Below are positions 11,601 to 23,800 of a stretch of DNA of 64,000 nt, piece after piece (position 1 is the first letter of the stretch; every line of letters starts with the position of its first letter). The stretch is from Takakia lepidozioides. Its lineage: Eukaryota > Plantae > Bryophyta. A model generated the notes under the pieces. It was not told where the DNA came from, did not search any database, and saw only the letters and a list, made by a program, of their open reading frames with translations. The translations under genes and the position numbers were made by a program. The DNA is taken from assembly GCA_030704615.1 (NCBI GenBank), contig CM060732.1, positions 39,494,001 through 39,558,000 on the forward strand, read 5' to 3'.

Positions 11601-13241
11601 TGAAGGTGTTCACGGACAATGTCACGGTGAAGTATTTTGCCACGCAGCCCAAGTTGTCCCCAAAACAACTTAGGTGGCAAGATACTTTGGCGGTGTTCGA
11701 CGTGGATATCCAGTACAAACCGGGACGGGACAACATGGTGGCCGATGCTTTAAGTAAAAAGCAGCAGCTCTTGTTGGTGTATAGGGGCGAGACGGCGCTC
11801 CAAAGGAAGATCCGTAAGGCTTGCCAGAAGGATGAGCTGGCGAAGTTCATGATGCAAGGCTTGAGGATGGGGATTAAATCGCAGTTCCACTTGCAAAATC
11901 CGGTATAAGCAAAAGCGTCTCTACGTGCCGAAGGGAGGGATCAGAGATAGCCTCTTGAGAGAATGTCATGATAGCCCGCTTGCGGGCCACAACGGAGCCA
12001 AGCGCACTACGGCACTCTTGAAGAAAAAGTATTTCTGGCCCAAACTGAGGGAGGAGGCAGAGGAGTATATCAAGACATGCACCACATGCCAACAAAACCG
12101 GAGCGAGTACAAAAAGCAAGCGGGGCTGTTACAACCTTTGCCGATTCCAGAGGGGACTTGGGAAAGCATCTTGATGGATTTCATGACTGCTATGCCGCTG
12201 TCAAAAGGATTCGATGCAATCATGGTGGTGGTGGATAGGTTCAGTAAAATGGGCCATTTCATCCCCACCAAGGAGACGGCAACGGCGCAGGAAACAGGGT
12301 GACTTTACTTCGCCCACGTCTTAAAGCATCATGGAGTCCCGAAGGATATTGTCTCGGACCGCGATCCAAAGTTTACGAGTAAATTTTGGAGGGCACTTTG
12401 GAAGAAGATGGGGACGAGGCTGAAGATGAGCACCGCCTTCCGACCTACGACCGACGGCCAAACAGAAAGAGTGAATTCCGTAGTGAAGCAGATCTTGCGG
12501 AATTACGTGTCGGCAGACCAAACAGACTGGGTGGAACACTTAGACGCGGCAGAGTTCTGTTATAATAACACAGAACACTCCGCAACGGGAGTTTCCCCTT
12601 TCGTATTGGTCTATGGAAAAGCACCTCTGGTGCCGACAAGTTGGGCCGCCCAGGACGTTGAGGAACCAGCAGTAGCGGCGGTACTGGAAGAACGCAAGCG
12701 TTTGTTGAAGCTTGCAAAGTACAACATTGCCAAAGCTAGGAAACAGTATGAAAGGCAGGCGAATCGGAAGCGGAGGGAAGTGAAGTTTGAGACAGGCACG
12801 GAGGTCTGGTTGAACATCAAGAATTTCCGACTACCTCCGGAAGTGAGTCCAAAGTTCGTACCTCCGTATGCGGGACCCTTTCGCATCCGGAAGGTTATGA
12901 ATGAGGATGTGTATGAATTGGAACTGTCGGCAAATAGCAAGGTGCATCCAGTATTCTACGTATCCCTTTTGAAGCCTTACTTCAAAGATGAAGCGCGTCC
13001 GAATCGGCATCAAGTGTTGCGTCCGCCACATGTGCTGTTGGATCATGAAAATGAACCTGAGTACGAGGTGGAGGCAGTACTTAAGTCGAGGAGGTTCAAG
13101 AACCGAGAAACGGAGTATCTCGTCAAATGGAAGGGCTATCATCATGTGGAGGCATCTTGGGTGCGTGCCTCAGAAATGGGAAACGCATCTGAGGCGGTTG
13201 TAGTTTTCGAAGGGCGACCTCAAAAGCGAAAGAAGCGTTGA
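8693..13241 (+). pseudogene. Chromovirus gag-pol with frameshifts, deletions and a stop
   Basis: [41 protein letters not shown], and chromodomain YEVEAVL...YLVKWKGY...SW. Lesions near 9277, 9337, 11100, 11899 and 12300. Confidence 0.93.
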
Positions 13242-14147
13242 TGGGGACATCAACCTCGGAGCGTGGGGGAGGAAATGCATGCTTAGCCCGGCTTAGCTAG
13301 CTTAGGAATCCGATTGCAAAAACTTGTATTGTACAAAAATTTGTTATAAAGGAAATGGGTTTCAAATGTGGTGCGTCCTATTTTGTTTGGAATGTTGATG
13401 CATGATGTGGTTGGCTAGTGTGTAGAATGCATGCTAGCTTACAAAAGTGGGAGAGGTAAATTGGGTTAATCGTGTGTTTGCGCAGTGCCGAAATCAGGTG
13501 ACTCCCATCCAAGGGGCAAGGAAACTTGCGTCTTCTTTAGGAGTTCACGTGCTAGTGCGCACCTGGCGCGTGCGCATACTATAATTGCGCTACCAAGGGG
13601 GTTGCTTTGTAGTGCGGGCTAACGCGGAAGCTACGTGCTTCCGTTCACGTACTATAATCGTGTAGCCTCGGGACAAAGTCGTAGTGCGGCTTCGGCGTGT
13701 TCCCGTACCTCAGGCCAGCATTCCAAGGCGGACCCAATTGTAGTGATTGGGGCGCGCGGTTGGTTCAAGTCTATCTTCCTAGTCAAAGAAGGTTCGAGGT
13801 GAACCATTGCTCAAGGTGATGCCAAAAGCGGCATCATGAGCGGTCGCAAGCAATGTTGTTGCAGTAAGGCGATTCGATCCTCGGGGAGGATCATTCCTTG
13901 GCCTTGAAGTAGGCCAAGAAGAGTGCACTGGGAGGAGCTTAAGAGGCTCCACCCTTGGCCGGGACTTCGAGGAAGTCGGCCGAATTAGCTAGTGGAGAGT
14001 AGAGTCAAGTGTGGGGTTTGGTTCTTTGCCATGGGACGCCATGGTACGGAAACAAACTCCTTGATGTGGGACGCCACAACTTGGATGTTCGTTTCCACAA
14101 AATGGACAAGCTGATGAGGACATCGACTCCTTGTTGGTAGGGGTGTG

Positions 14148-14876
14148 TGTCGCGGCCCTTTACCTTGAGGGCAGGGGGTCGAGACACAAGAGGGGTTGCC
14201 CCTGTGGTGGGGGCAGTGGCAGCGATAGGTATGGGGGGGCTGAAGCACCCTTGAGTGCCCAAGGCACTCAAGGAGGCGGAGGCGCTCACTAGGTGGAGCC
14301 CCGCACACCGGGTTGCGGTGGGGGTGGCTCCACAAGGGGTGGTGGTAGCTTAGCGGGACTTAGTGGGGGTGGCATAGGACTCACCCTGGGGCGGAGACCT
14401 CGTGGTGGGAGTCGTGGGGAGTCTTGGGACTCATCACGGTCCATTGGGGCCGTGGTGGGTGGGCCAAGACTCACCGCGACTCATCACCGGGAGTCGAGGG
14501 TGTTCGTGGTGGTTCGTCATAAAATAGCATGGTTGTTTGTGAAACCCCCGCGGACAACTACAGAAGTATATATAGGGAATAGTAACCCCGAGAACGGTGC
14601 AAGCCCGTTGGTGACCAAAAACTAGTGAGTAAGCGAACGAGCTGGAAAGCGACCAAAGAGTGGGGAGCTGTTCCGGACTACCAACTACCAAAGGGAATTC
14701 CGATGGTTCCAAATCGTTGGAGGGTTCTTTGGGGGATCAAAGGGGGACCGTTATGCCCCGGTGAGCAGCCGGAGCTCCAAGTTGGCCCGGTGGCCAGGTT
14801 GGGAGTTAGGCGCGCACATCAAGCGAGTAACTATGACTTGAGGGAAGGGGAGTTTACCGAAGTGAGGTGCGCGATA
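14148..14876 (+). repeat. 3' LTR (terminal CA mutated to TA)
   Basis: About 16 mismatches to the 5' LTR counted by eye, mostly transitions; preceded by GGTAGGGGTGTG PPT-like tract. Confidence 0.95.
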
Positions 14877-15637
14877 GGACGTTAAAGAAACTTTATCTTT
14901 ATCTTTATCTTCCTCTGTAAATTCAATGGACGTTAAAGAATCTTTATCTTTTATCTGCAAATTCACTGGACGTTAAATAATCTTTATCTTTATCTTTATC
15001 TTTCTTCCTCTTGAAGTTATCAACTTCCATTATCTCTATGTTATCCTCTTTCTTTTTTTTCTGCGTTGATTGGTGGGTTGTGCTGACTCAGTCATGCTCC
15101 CTAGTCTTACCTTCCCCCAAAGCAAGAGAGCCAATTGCCGTTTGAGGCTTGTTAATTATTATTTATTATTTACCTCCTGGATTGTTTTTCACAGTATTCA
15201 CATGCCATCTGAGTCACCGCTACGTGGCACGGCACGAGAGGGTACAAGCCAAGTTGGCAAGTCTGGGCCCTTGATAAAATCAAGGGTAGTTAGAATTGAA
15301 AGCGTATGGCTAAGGATATTTCTAGGGTAGAGTGTGAGAGCATGCCCAACAGCTCTCTACTTGCACATGATTCACACAGGGCACTTCCGAACACAGGATC
15401 CAATATGTGGGTACGCTACCTCCGATCCCATGTTCGGAAACGCCCTCAGTGGGAATAATGTCCATGCTGGTTTTGACAGCAACTTCTGCGTGGGCTTTCT
15501 TCAGGATTTCCTGTGGTGCACCGACAGACATGTGGTATTTCCAAGAGTGTATGTTACCTCAAGTCCCTCTTAGACTAAAAGATGCAATGACTTGGTGGAA
15601 GCTGTGAGGAAGGCCACATTCTCTTCAAGAGGTGCAA

Positions 15638-16116
15638 CGAGACCAATTACCTTTCGGCCTCTTTATCTCCTTCTCTCCTGAGGGCTTAGGGGCGGTTCAG
15701 GGTGGGCTCCCACAGGATTGTAATCATCCCGAGCAGATGGGTGTGCTTCAGAATCGAAAAGCGTGGTAAAGGGTTTCAGAAACTCTGTATGATCGGGCAG
15801 ATGGGAATACCTGCAGCGGGAGGAATTGAAACTGAAGAACACTTCTTCTATTGCCCTTTTATACTATGAGATCCGTGGGAGATTACATTGTCTACTATTC
15901 CGTGGAACCCAATCTCTCACTGAAGTCTTTCACTATGAAGATCAGAAATGCTTGGCAGCCTGCCTGCACGAGGCATTCACCCTTAGACAATCACTCGAAC
16001 AATAGTTCTTATCTCTGACTCTGGTTTCCTGTTTTCTCTCATGTTTTTCTTCCATTTTGTCCCATAATCTCTATGAGCTTTCCGCGGACATTATAAAGCA
16101 CCATTTCATTTCATTT
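15638..16116 (+). mobile_element. Second RTEX-like LINE 3' fragment
   Basis: Similar to 7288-7745 (GGCGGTTCAGGGTGGGCTCCCAC; GAAATTGAAACTGAAGAACAC; CATTT tail), with a small insertion. Confidence 0.85.
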
Positions 16117-17812
16117 CCTCTCCTCTTCAATTCATCAACTTTCACCATATGTGTGCCATCCTCTTTCTTTCTTCCCTCATCTCCTCTTGAAGTTATCAAC
16201 TTTCATTATCTCTATGTTATCCTCTTTCTTTCTTTCTCCATCTTCACTCAAATTCATCAACCTTCAATATCTCTACGTCATCGTATCTTATTCCTTCTTT
16301 CAATGTGTAGAGGTCTGATGAGGTATGAGAGTATGAAGCGGCTTGGAACATAATCTTGAAACTTACGAGCTTTGTATAGTCTAAACTTTCTCTGGCCACC
16401 GTAACCCTGATTCAGTACAAGTGCCCACCCTTCATTCGGATGGAGGCTTCGGAGCCTTAGTTGATCTGAGAAACCTCAAACAAGCATGGAGATGTTCCTG
16501 TCTTAAGTCACAAACTGGATTTTGGACTTGGTAAATGATCACAAATTGCAGAAAATTTCACTTGGTGACTGATTGGAATTCTTATTAATGTCTCAAAGCA
16601 ACCCAAGCGCAACTGACAACATTTGAGGAAGCCTGAGAAAGTCTTGAGACATCAGGGGGCAAGAAGGGCAAACATTTAAAGCTTGTTCAGGAGAGAATAG
16701 TGAAGTGCATCAACCATGGATATATACAAGGAAGCATAACAAGAAGTCGATCCCGCATAAAGGCATCACACTTGTTCGTGTGGCATTTTAGAAAGATGAG
16801 CGAATGTGAAGGCTTGCACTAACTACACACTACAGAGTGAGAAAAGGGAAGTAGGCTTATGGAGTAACTAAGAAGGACACATAGGTGTAGAATGGGTTGA
16901 TGGATACACGATCAGGACAGCAATTGGAGTAAGCAGTGTGCAAAGCCTTGCCGTCTTGCAAATAAGACTACTGAGGACTGTTCTCTCTTCAGGTTGTGTT
17001 CAAAACTAAATACCAAATGCTGTGTTCTCCATAGACAGAGCATTCAAGCCACACCACCCAAGAGAAGGTTCAAGTACCAGTTTCCAGTTCGCAGCATTAA
17101 ACCCAGAGATGGATATACTGTGAAGGTATAACGCATGTAATACCAGAGGCCACTCAATATAACAGGGCTTGCATACTGATTCTAATTATTGTATGACAGC
17201 AAGAATTCAGCTAGAGAGCCTCCTCAAATGATTGTAAGCAATTGTATACTGGAGGTGACATACCCATAGCAGATAACATGACATGGAGGGGGACGATACA
17301 CAGGTGGAGCTGCACAATCAATTGCTTCCTCCTGAATTACAACTGCGAAGGAGTTTCAACTGCAGTCTTGTTAGAGTTCTCCTGAAAAGTCTTCTGTAAA
17401 ACAAAACTTTCTACACGTTCTCCAAAATCAATGTAGCCTTGACTCATATTTTGCCGGGCCTGGCCCAAGTACCTGAGGCTGTTTTGACCCGGCCCAAATA
17501 AGTTGAGATGAAGGACCAGAATCACAACATTACATTACAAGAATGCCAATCCAACTTCGTGAGCATCAGGGCGTGGTCGTCTGCTTGCCCAAAGCAAAGA
17601 AGCACTAGCCTTGGACAAGCAAACGTTGATCTAAACATGTCTCAGCCAAGGGCTCCAAAGAGCTTGGAAACAGAACTGCACCACCTACAGTTGACACATT
17701 TGAGAATGGATCGAGAGAGGGAGGTTGATTTCCATTTTCTTTTCTTCTCAAAAGCTATGCCCATGGATTCCAAGGAGCTTGGGCTCTCTAAACTATGTCT
17801 AGTTCCATCTGC

Positions 17813-20800
17813 TTAAACCCGAGCCCCCATCGCCAGCAGAATCTTTTTCCTTGGTCCCTGTTCAAAGATGCACCACACCAACCACAATCAATCACATTGG
17901 CACTACATTATCTTGCTCTCCTGCCTGGCTCTTCCTCAAATGGACTCAATGAAACAACACTGCTCTCTCTCCCTCTACCCGGACATTAAGACAACCTTAT
18001 CTTGTCTTTTACAGAAGTATCTCAGCATTGGAAGTGCCTTGCAGTATATCAGCACAAAGCCCCGCGAACTTAGAGTACCATGAAAAGTTGAGTCATGGAA
18101 CTGGGCATAGTTGACCTATTCCTTTCTTTGTCCCATAAGCTCTCTTGTGCTTCCTGTGGAGGCTATGCAGTTTCTGTCTTGGTAGCATAAGCCACAAAAC
18201 TCAGGGAAGGAAGGCCCTTCTCTGCCACAGAAGCTACTCAAAGCTACAACCCTTGAAACTGCTGGATCATTTTCTAGTCTTTGCCAGAGGACGACCAATC
18301 AGTGGCAAGCCGATAGTGTGCTCAAAATCAAAAACTCTTCGAGGCCTGTGAACGAACAAATTATGCTCATTGAAGATAACTGTTGGAAATACCATCTACA
18401 TCTTGATTACGAAATTGACAGTACTCAAGGCTGGTACTTAAAACAAAGCATAAGGAAGGGTCAACTGACCATTGGCACACCCAGTTCTTTGAGGTCATTA
18501 TCACTCATGTGCCGCAACGCAGCCATATCCACCTAGAAAAGTCCAAGATGTCTTCTTTGAGGAACAAAACTAACATTCTGAGCGAGTCAGGTACAGGCCT
18601 ACAAATAATATATCGACAACTTTACAAGAAAGAAATTAACTGATAATTAGTGGTTATGACAACAATTTCAACAAAGTTGCAGACCGCATGGTAGCCCCGA
18701 TATACACCCCTGATAATAGAGATGTAACAGAGTAAATATATCCACTGAGAAAAGATACTTCAACATACTGGAACATCAGTCTGAAGTCTACACAACCACA
18801 AAATATATTATGGGGGTGCATACGAACAGATGGGCTCTTCCTAGAGTGGACTCCAACAAGGGAAAGATTGTACTCATAAGACGTTGTTTGCCGTAGCCTT
18901 GTGGCCATTGACCCCGCGCCCAGTTTGAGCGGGAACAAAAGGGACAGAACCTACCTCTGTCAGGGGCTGACGTTAGTAGTAAGACTTACCTCCATATAAA
19001 GAATTAATCCGGGTTTTCCAGATATCCTCTAGAAATCCCTTCACACAAGCATCAATCTGCTGTGTGTGATTTGCCCAAAAACTAGGCCTCAGGAGGGCCT
19101 GGGCTTTTGGCTCAGCCTCGAGACTTTCAAAGTTGGTAAACAGGGGTACAGGCACAATTCCCTTAATAGATTTGAAGAGAGCGTCTCTTTGGTGAGAGAA
19201 CCCCGGACAGTGTATCAGAAAATGAATACTGTCTTCAGATTGCCCACACAACGGGCAATTGCACTCTCCCTTTCCTCTCTGCTTCTGTTTGCTGTTCAAA
19301 GGTAGGCTTCCTGCCCTGAGTTTAAATTTCAGTCTAGTGCCGAGAGTGGGTAGACCCTTGAGGTCATCCAAGATGTCCTCCCCCATGTCACAGACTGGAA
19401 ACAAGTTCAGGGAAGTTTTCTGCCTAAGTTTTCAGAGTAGAAGAGATCCTCAAGGACCTGGACCTGGATCCGCAAGTCTTGACCCTGCTGGATAAATCTG
19501 ACTTAGAGGCTGTAGTGTCCTCAGCCATGTCTGTTGCCATGAGATTGTCCAACAAGGGAAAGAATTAAAAAGGAACAAAACCAAAGACAGTCTTCTGAGA
19601 GCAGAAAGGTTGTCCTTGCCCATCATAAGAAGGAATACAACATGCCCAATGGATAAGGAAAAGAGGACACGAAAAGCATACCTCCTCAGCCTGAAAGGTG
19701 ATCAGGTATTTGCCAAGTCCTAATGACTGAAGAAGGCTCGCCACAGTTGGCTGTTCACCCTGCCCAGTCCCATAGATCAGCTAACATCACTCCAAGGATC
19801 TAGTAATACGTCCATTTAGAGACACCTCCGAAATACACCTATAGTGATACAGAGCTTGACATCCAGCTTTTGGAGGGTAGACAGTCTGAAGAAATCAGGG
19901 TCAAACGGGAAACTGGTGACAAGGAAGACAAGGACAGATGGTGTCAAAGACAGGCTTAGTAGTTAGACAGGGAGCGTGCTTACTCCAGTTGCTGCAGTCT
20001 TGTGGACTGCAGCTGTCCGGGAAGGAGCTGTAGGGGCTGGTGCTGCAGCTTGCGCCACATTAGAGCTATTGCGAACCACTGACGCTAATCGCCGTTGGAG
20101 CTCGGCACCACCATGGGCCTGGGAAACAGGTGGGCGCTGCACAGGACCTGACAATTTCTCTCGCAAGTCTGTGACACCGCTGTTAGCCATTCCACCTCTT
20201 TGCACACCTGCTCTGGGGTTTTGTCGAGCCAACTTGTATCGGAGATCCTGAGAGCCAATCCGACCATCTGCGGTTTTCATTTAAGGGCACATAGCAGGAT
20301 ACCTGAACCACTGGAGCCAGAATTTGATCATGGCAACCAACCCCTCCCCAAAGTCCTTTTTGCTCCTATCTCTGTCCCGATCTCCCCATTTTCTGGAGTT
20401 CCCGAAGTTCAGCACATCCTACAAATACCGCATTAAGTCTGTCAACAGAAATGACCCTACTTTGGAGAGAAACACCCACTGTAGAACCCCCAAATCATCA
20501 GATGCTTTCGAGTTACTTCACTGGATAGAGGAACAGAATGTATCCAACATAGCATTATGGTTCAAGTAGTTCAAGAGGAAAGAAGACAAGGGACAAAAGG
20601 GGTTCACAAAATGGTAAAAGAGTGGCACCAGTACAATGTGTGCTCCATTGGAAACCTCCATGAGACTGCTAAGATCACCAAACAGAAAACCCAGTATTCA
20701 AGACAATAAGCAGGTAAACCTTTAACACTGCAAGGACTCACATGAAACAACCCCTGCATCAACTTCACCCCCAATCCAAATTCCAGAGACCAGTTGTCAT

Positions 20801-22434
20801 ATCCAAATCAGCCAATAAACTTGAGCCAGCTTGAGACAAGGCACATTTCCTATGTAGGATACTGGTTGCTTGGGCATCATCATCATCCTTGTCCTCAAAA
20901 AGATCATGCTTCCACTTTCCATCGTCCTCACGCAACCTGCACATCCGGGTAATATAAGGAGATGCACATGCCAAGGCAACACATGTAGCTGTATGGACGT
21001 ATGGTAGCTGTATGGTTGCATGTTTCCTTGATGATGAAACCACGGAGACATACAAAGTGACAGAGGTCTGCTAAATGTAACTTTTACCTCAGCCTACTTG
21101 TAAAGCAAAAGTGAAATGATTCACAAGCAGACTGAGATAACCAAGAAGGACAGAGATCACAAATCATGCTACTTTGTAGTGTTGTTGAGATCTCCCAAAC
21201 TGGGGCGCCTATGGCCACAGTTTTAGTACCGTTGGACAGCCCTCCTTAGGTCTGTAGCTAACAATTTCACAGAAACTGCCGGTACAGCACATAGTATAGC
21301 TCAGGGGTATCTAAGACACCCATGGAGCACATTCCAGGCTTACATTTATAGGTTAAGCAAATAACAGTCGGGCCTCAACCCAAGTATCCAATGACTAGCT
21401 TTGAGAGTGGGGCTTGGGACAAGATGATTGAAAGAATGTGAAGATAAACCTTCAGGGACCCCAAGCTTCTCCTTTATCTAACCACCAGGAAAGTCTTCAT
21501 GACCCTAATCGACAAAAGAGAGTTTAGGGTTAGAAAGAAAAAGAATTGTTTCTCTAATTAAAGCATGTAACCACACTAGAACAAGGAATCTGAACCATCA
21601 GGGGAGTGAAAGTTACTACACCTGAAATGTCCCTAAAGGAAATCTCACTATTGGAAGTAAAAAGGCTTTGGAACGACCTAATCCTTTCCAGGGTACTCCA
21701 TGGACAGACATCCTAACACCCCTGCAAATAATCCTCAGTGATGGAGTACATTCTGTAGACCAAGGCACCTTCTCAAGAAAACCTTACTACATCGACAAAT
21801 ACAACAACACATGGATCTTGTAACTTAATGAGATTTATCCATTTTGGGACTCAAAAGGCTATTCAGTAACCCTACTTCAGCATCCCTATCATGCATACAA
21901 CACCACTACCCATAGCAAGAGGTTAAAGACATGTGATCTCCATTGTTACAGTCAGGAGCCTTAGGGTCACACAGTGAATATTTATCCATTAAGAAACTTG
22001 ATCTCCCTCCTTAAAATTCAGGAGCCTTAGGATCAGACCATTCCTTTCTGGAATCCTAACTCTACATAGCAGGAGCCAACTTGATTTGCCCTCGGGCACC
22101 ACACAAGTGTTCTCAAAGCAGATGGTGCGGTGGACAAAGATTGAGGATTGCCAACTGCTTTCTTAATTCTACAAATTGGAGCTTCAATGTTTCTGGCCAT
22201 AATCACCGTTTACTGGGCAGTTCGTTCAGTCAAGCAACACCTTTGAATACCACACTTTCAGTCCCCTCTCAAAGAGCTTTGGAAGGACGGCGCAATTAAA
22301 CAACAAAAGTAGCATGTTTACCGTTTTCCATTATTCTGGCGGGTGAAAGAAAGATGATCTATATTGCCTCCCAGCCGATCCCTGACAGACCGTTTCCTAG
22401 GGTTTCTTGCTCCATTCACGCGATCAGCATACAT
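17813..22434 (-). CDS. Plant SAM (sterile alpha motif) domain protein; coding exons 22434-22322, 20936-20863, 20267-19984, 19759-19682, 18532-18470, 17857-17813
   Basis: MYADRV...RSVRDRLGG, REDDGKWKHDLF, DLRYKL, DLREKLSG, then SAM domain TVASLLQSLGLGKYLITFQAEE|VDMAALRHMSDNDLKELGVPM|GPRKKILLAMGARV*. All introns are GT-AG with consistent phases. Confidence 0.9.
18860..19440 (-). mobile_element. Intronic 3' fragment of a second RTEX-like LINE family
   Basis: KFKLRAGSLPLN...CPLCGQSEDSIHFLIHCP...FLEDIWKTR; 3' end GGCGCGGGGTCAATGGCCACAAGGCTACGGC. Confidence 0.8.
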
Positions 22435-23324
22435 CTCTGTGGACACTGAAACTCGTCTCTCAACCTGTATCCACCACTCCAGCGCACTTGAGGTAATGAT
22501 CAAGACAATCTGAGAAAGAATAAGGTAGGGTCCTCAAAGCCTACTTCTCGCGGAAAACCTCGAGTAAAGCTTTTGACAGATATGTCAAGTGTGGAACTGA
22601 ATTACTCGATGACAGCCTGATCGTACAAGTATGACTTCAAGGTAGTAATTAAGTAAAGAGAAAGAAGTGTAAACTGCTCGAGACAACAGAAGTACAAACG
22701 GGACAAAAAAACAGCGCAGATCACCAAATGTCTCTCTTTCCCTCGTCTCTCCCTCGTCTCCCTTCCTCTACCTATAACCCTGGAACCGAAAACAAAAAGG
22801 AGGAAATAATACCCGCTGTCCGTCTCGTCCAAGAGTAACTGTTAGCCGGGGCTGAGACATCAACTCTCTTCGAATGAAATCTCTATCTTCAAATCTTCCT
22901 CTTTCCCCTCCTCTGCGAGATCACGGAGCTTGATATCTCGTAATGGGAAGACTGGACAAGTCCACGGCGAAGCTCAGGAAGCTGGCAAATCTGAAGGAAT
23001 GCGACAGACTGCAGGTGGTAACATATTGGTACAGTATGATATACAATGAAGGACGTGTGGGAATAAACGCCTCCGAACAAGGAGTGCAGAAATCCACGAA
23101 CTAAAAACCAGTTAATACAGAGAGACAGGTTTCTAGAGGACACAGAGAGACGATAGCTAAGATGACTCCTACGCACACTTACCAGCACTGCAGAGTTCTA
23201 CTAGTAAACACACAATTCCAGGCAGTGTTGGGTTGCTAGGGATAAGCATGCGCGCACAGCCCAAGCTCCAGCGACTATCCCGTCCCCAGAGAACGAGAGC
23301 GAAGAAGAGAGAGAGACGAGCTCC

Positions 23325-23333
23325 AAACCCTAA
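23325..23333 (+). promoter_or_regulatory. Telo-box-like AAACCCTAA near the SAM gene 5' end
   Basis: Exact motif next to a GA-rich 5' UTR tract; could be chance. Confidence 0.3.
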
Positions 23334-23415
23334 CCTACTCTTTGGAGAAGCCGATGGACGAACTACCAACGAAACCTCGTTGGATGGAGCAACGCATTCA
23401 TCTTGTATGCTAATG

Positions 23416-23800
23416 TTGGCACCCTTGATGGATGACTTCCGGGTACCCACATTCGTCTGGTCAATAGAACAGTGGTTGGGACCAACTGTCCTGGGATTCC
23501 CACGTACCGTTCACTGATGAATGTCATCCATCTGACATGTGGCACTTGGCACCCTTGATGGATGACTTCTGGGAACCTACATTCGTCTGGTCAATACAAC
23601 AGTGGTTGGGACCAACTGTCCTGGGATTTCCACGTATCGTTAATGGATGAATATCATCCATCTGACATGTTGGCACTTGGCACCCTTGATGGATGACTTC
23701 CGGGCACCTACATTCGTCTGGTCAGTAGAACAGTGATTGGGACCAACTGTCCTGGGGTTTCTACGTATGGTTTACGGATGGATGTTATCCATCTGACATG
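23416..23800. repeat. Three tandem ~130-bp units between the divergent SAM and NDC80 genes
   Basis: Units start at 23416, 23546 and 23677; each contains a GATGGATGAC...GTCATCCATC-type inverted repeat. Confidence 0.92.

Larger units (their letters stand above)
7909..14876 (+). mobile_element. Full-length Ty3/gypsy chromovirus (Galadriel/Tcn1-like), mutated
   Basis: 729-bp LTRs at 7909-8637 and 14148-14876, TSD GGACG at 7904-7908 and 14877-14881, tRNA-iMet PBS, and order gag-PR-RT-RH-INT-chromodomain. HEKEMKAVVHCL resembles the Galadriel RNase H signature. Confidence 0.96.
7759..15000 (+). mobile_element. tRNA-derived SINE (7759-7908 plus 14882-15000) split by the chromovirus
   Basis: A box TAGCCCAGTGG at 7764-7774, B box GGTTCAATCC at 7818-7827, (CTTTAT)n tail, and a 14-bp TSD TTTCTTCCTCTTGA at 7745-7758 and 15001-15014. 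Confidence 0.82.

Noticed and set aside
14111-14135. CTGATGAG as a hammerhead ribozyme core
   Set aside because: No stem II or GAAA follows, and the other copies read TCGATGAG; it is the pre-PPT hairpin.
15300-15610. Possible hAT transposase remnant (DAMTWWK)
   Set aside because: A single short motif; not enough support.
17930-18160. Additional decayed RTEX 3' end in the last SAM intron
   Set aside because: Only TTGTCCCATAAGCTCT and weak similarity; too degenerate to delimit.
20303-20418. Extra SAM-gene exon flanked by AG and GT
   Set aside because: 116 nt would shift the frame and leave a 35-nt intron; the flanking exons already join in phase.
23416-23800. CRISPR array, C/D snoRNA cluster or hammerhead array
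   Set aside because: Whole units are repeated with no unique spacers, there is no conserved box C, and CTGATGA occurs in one unit only.
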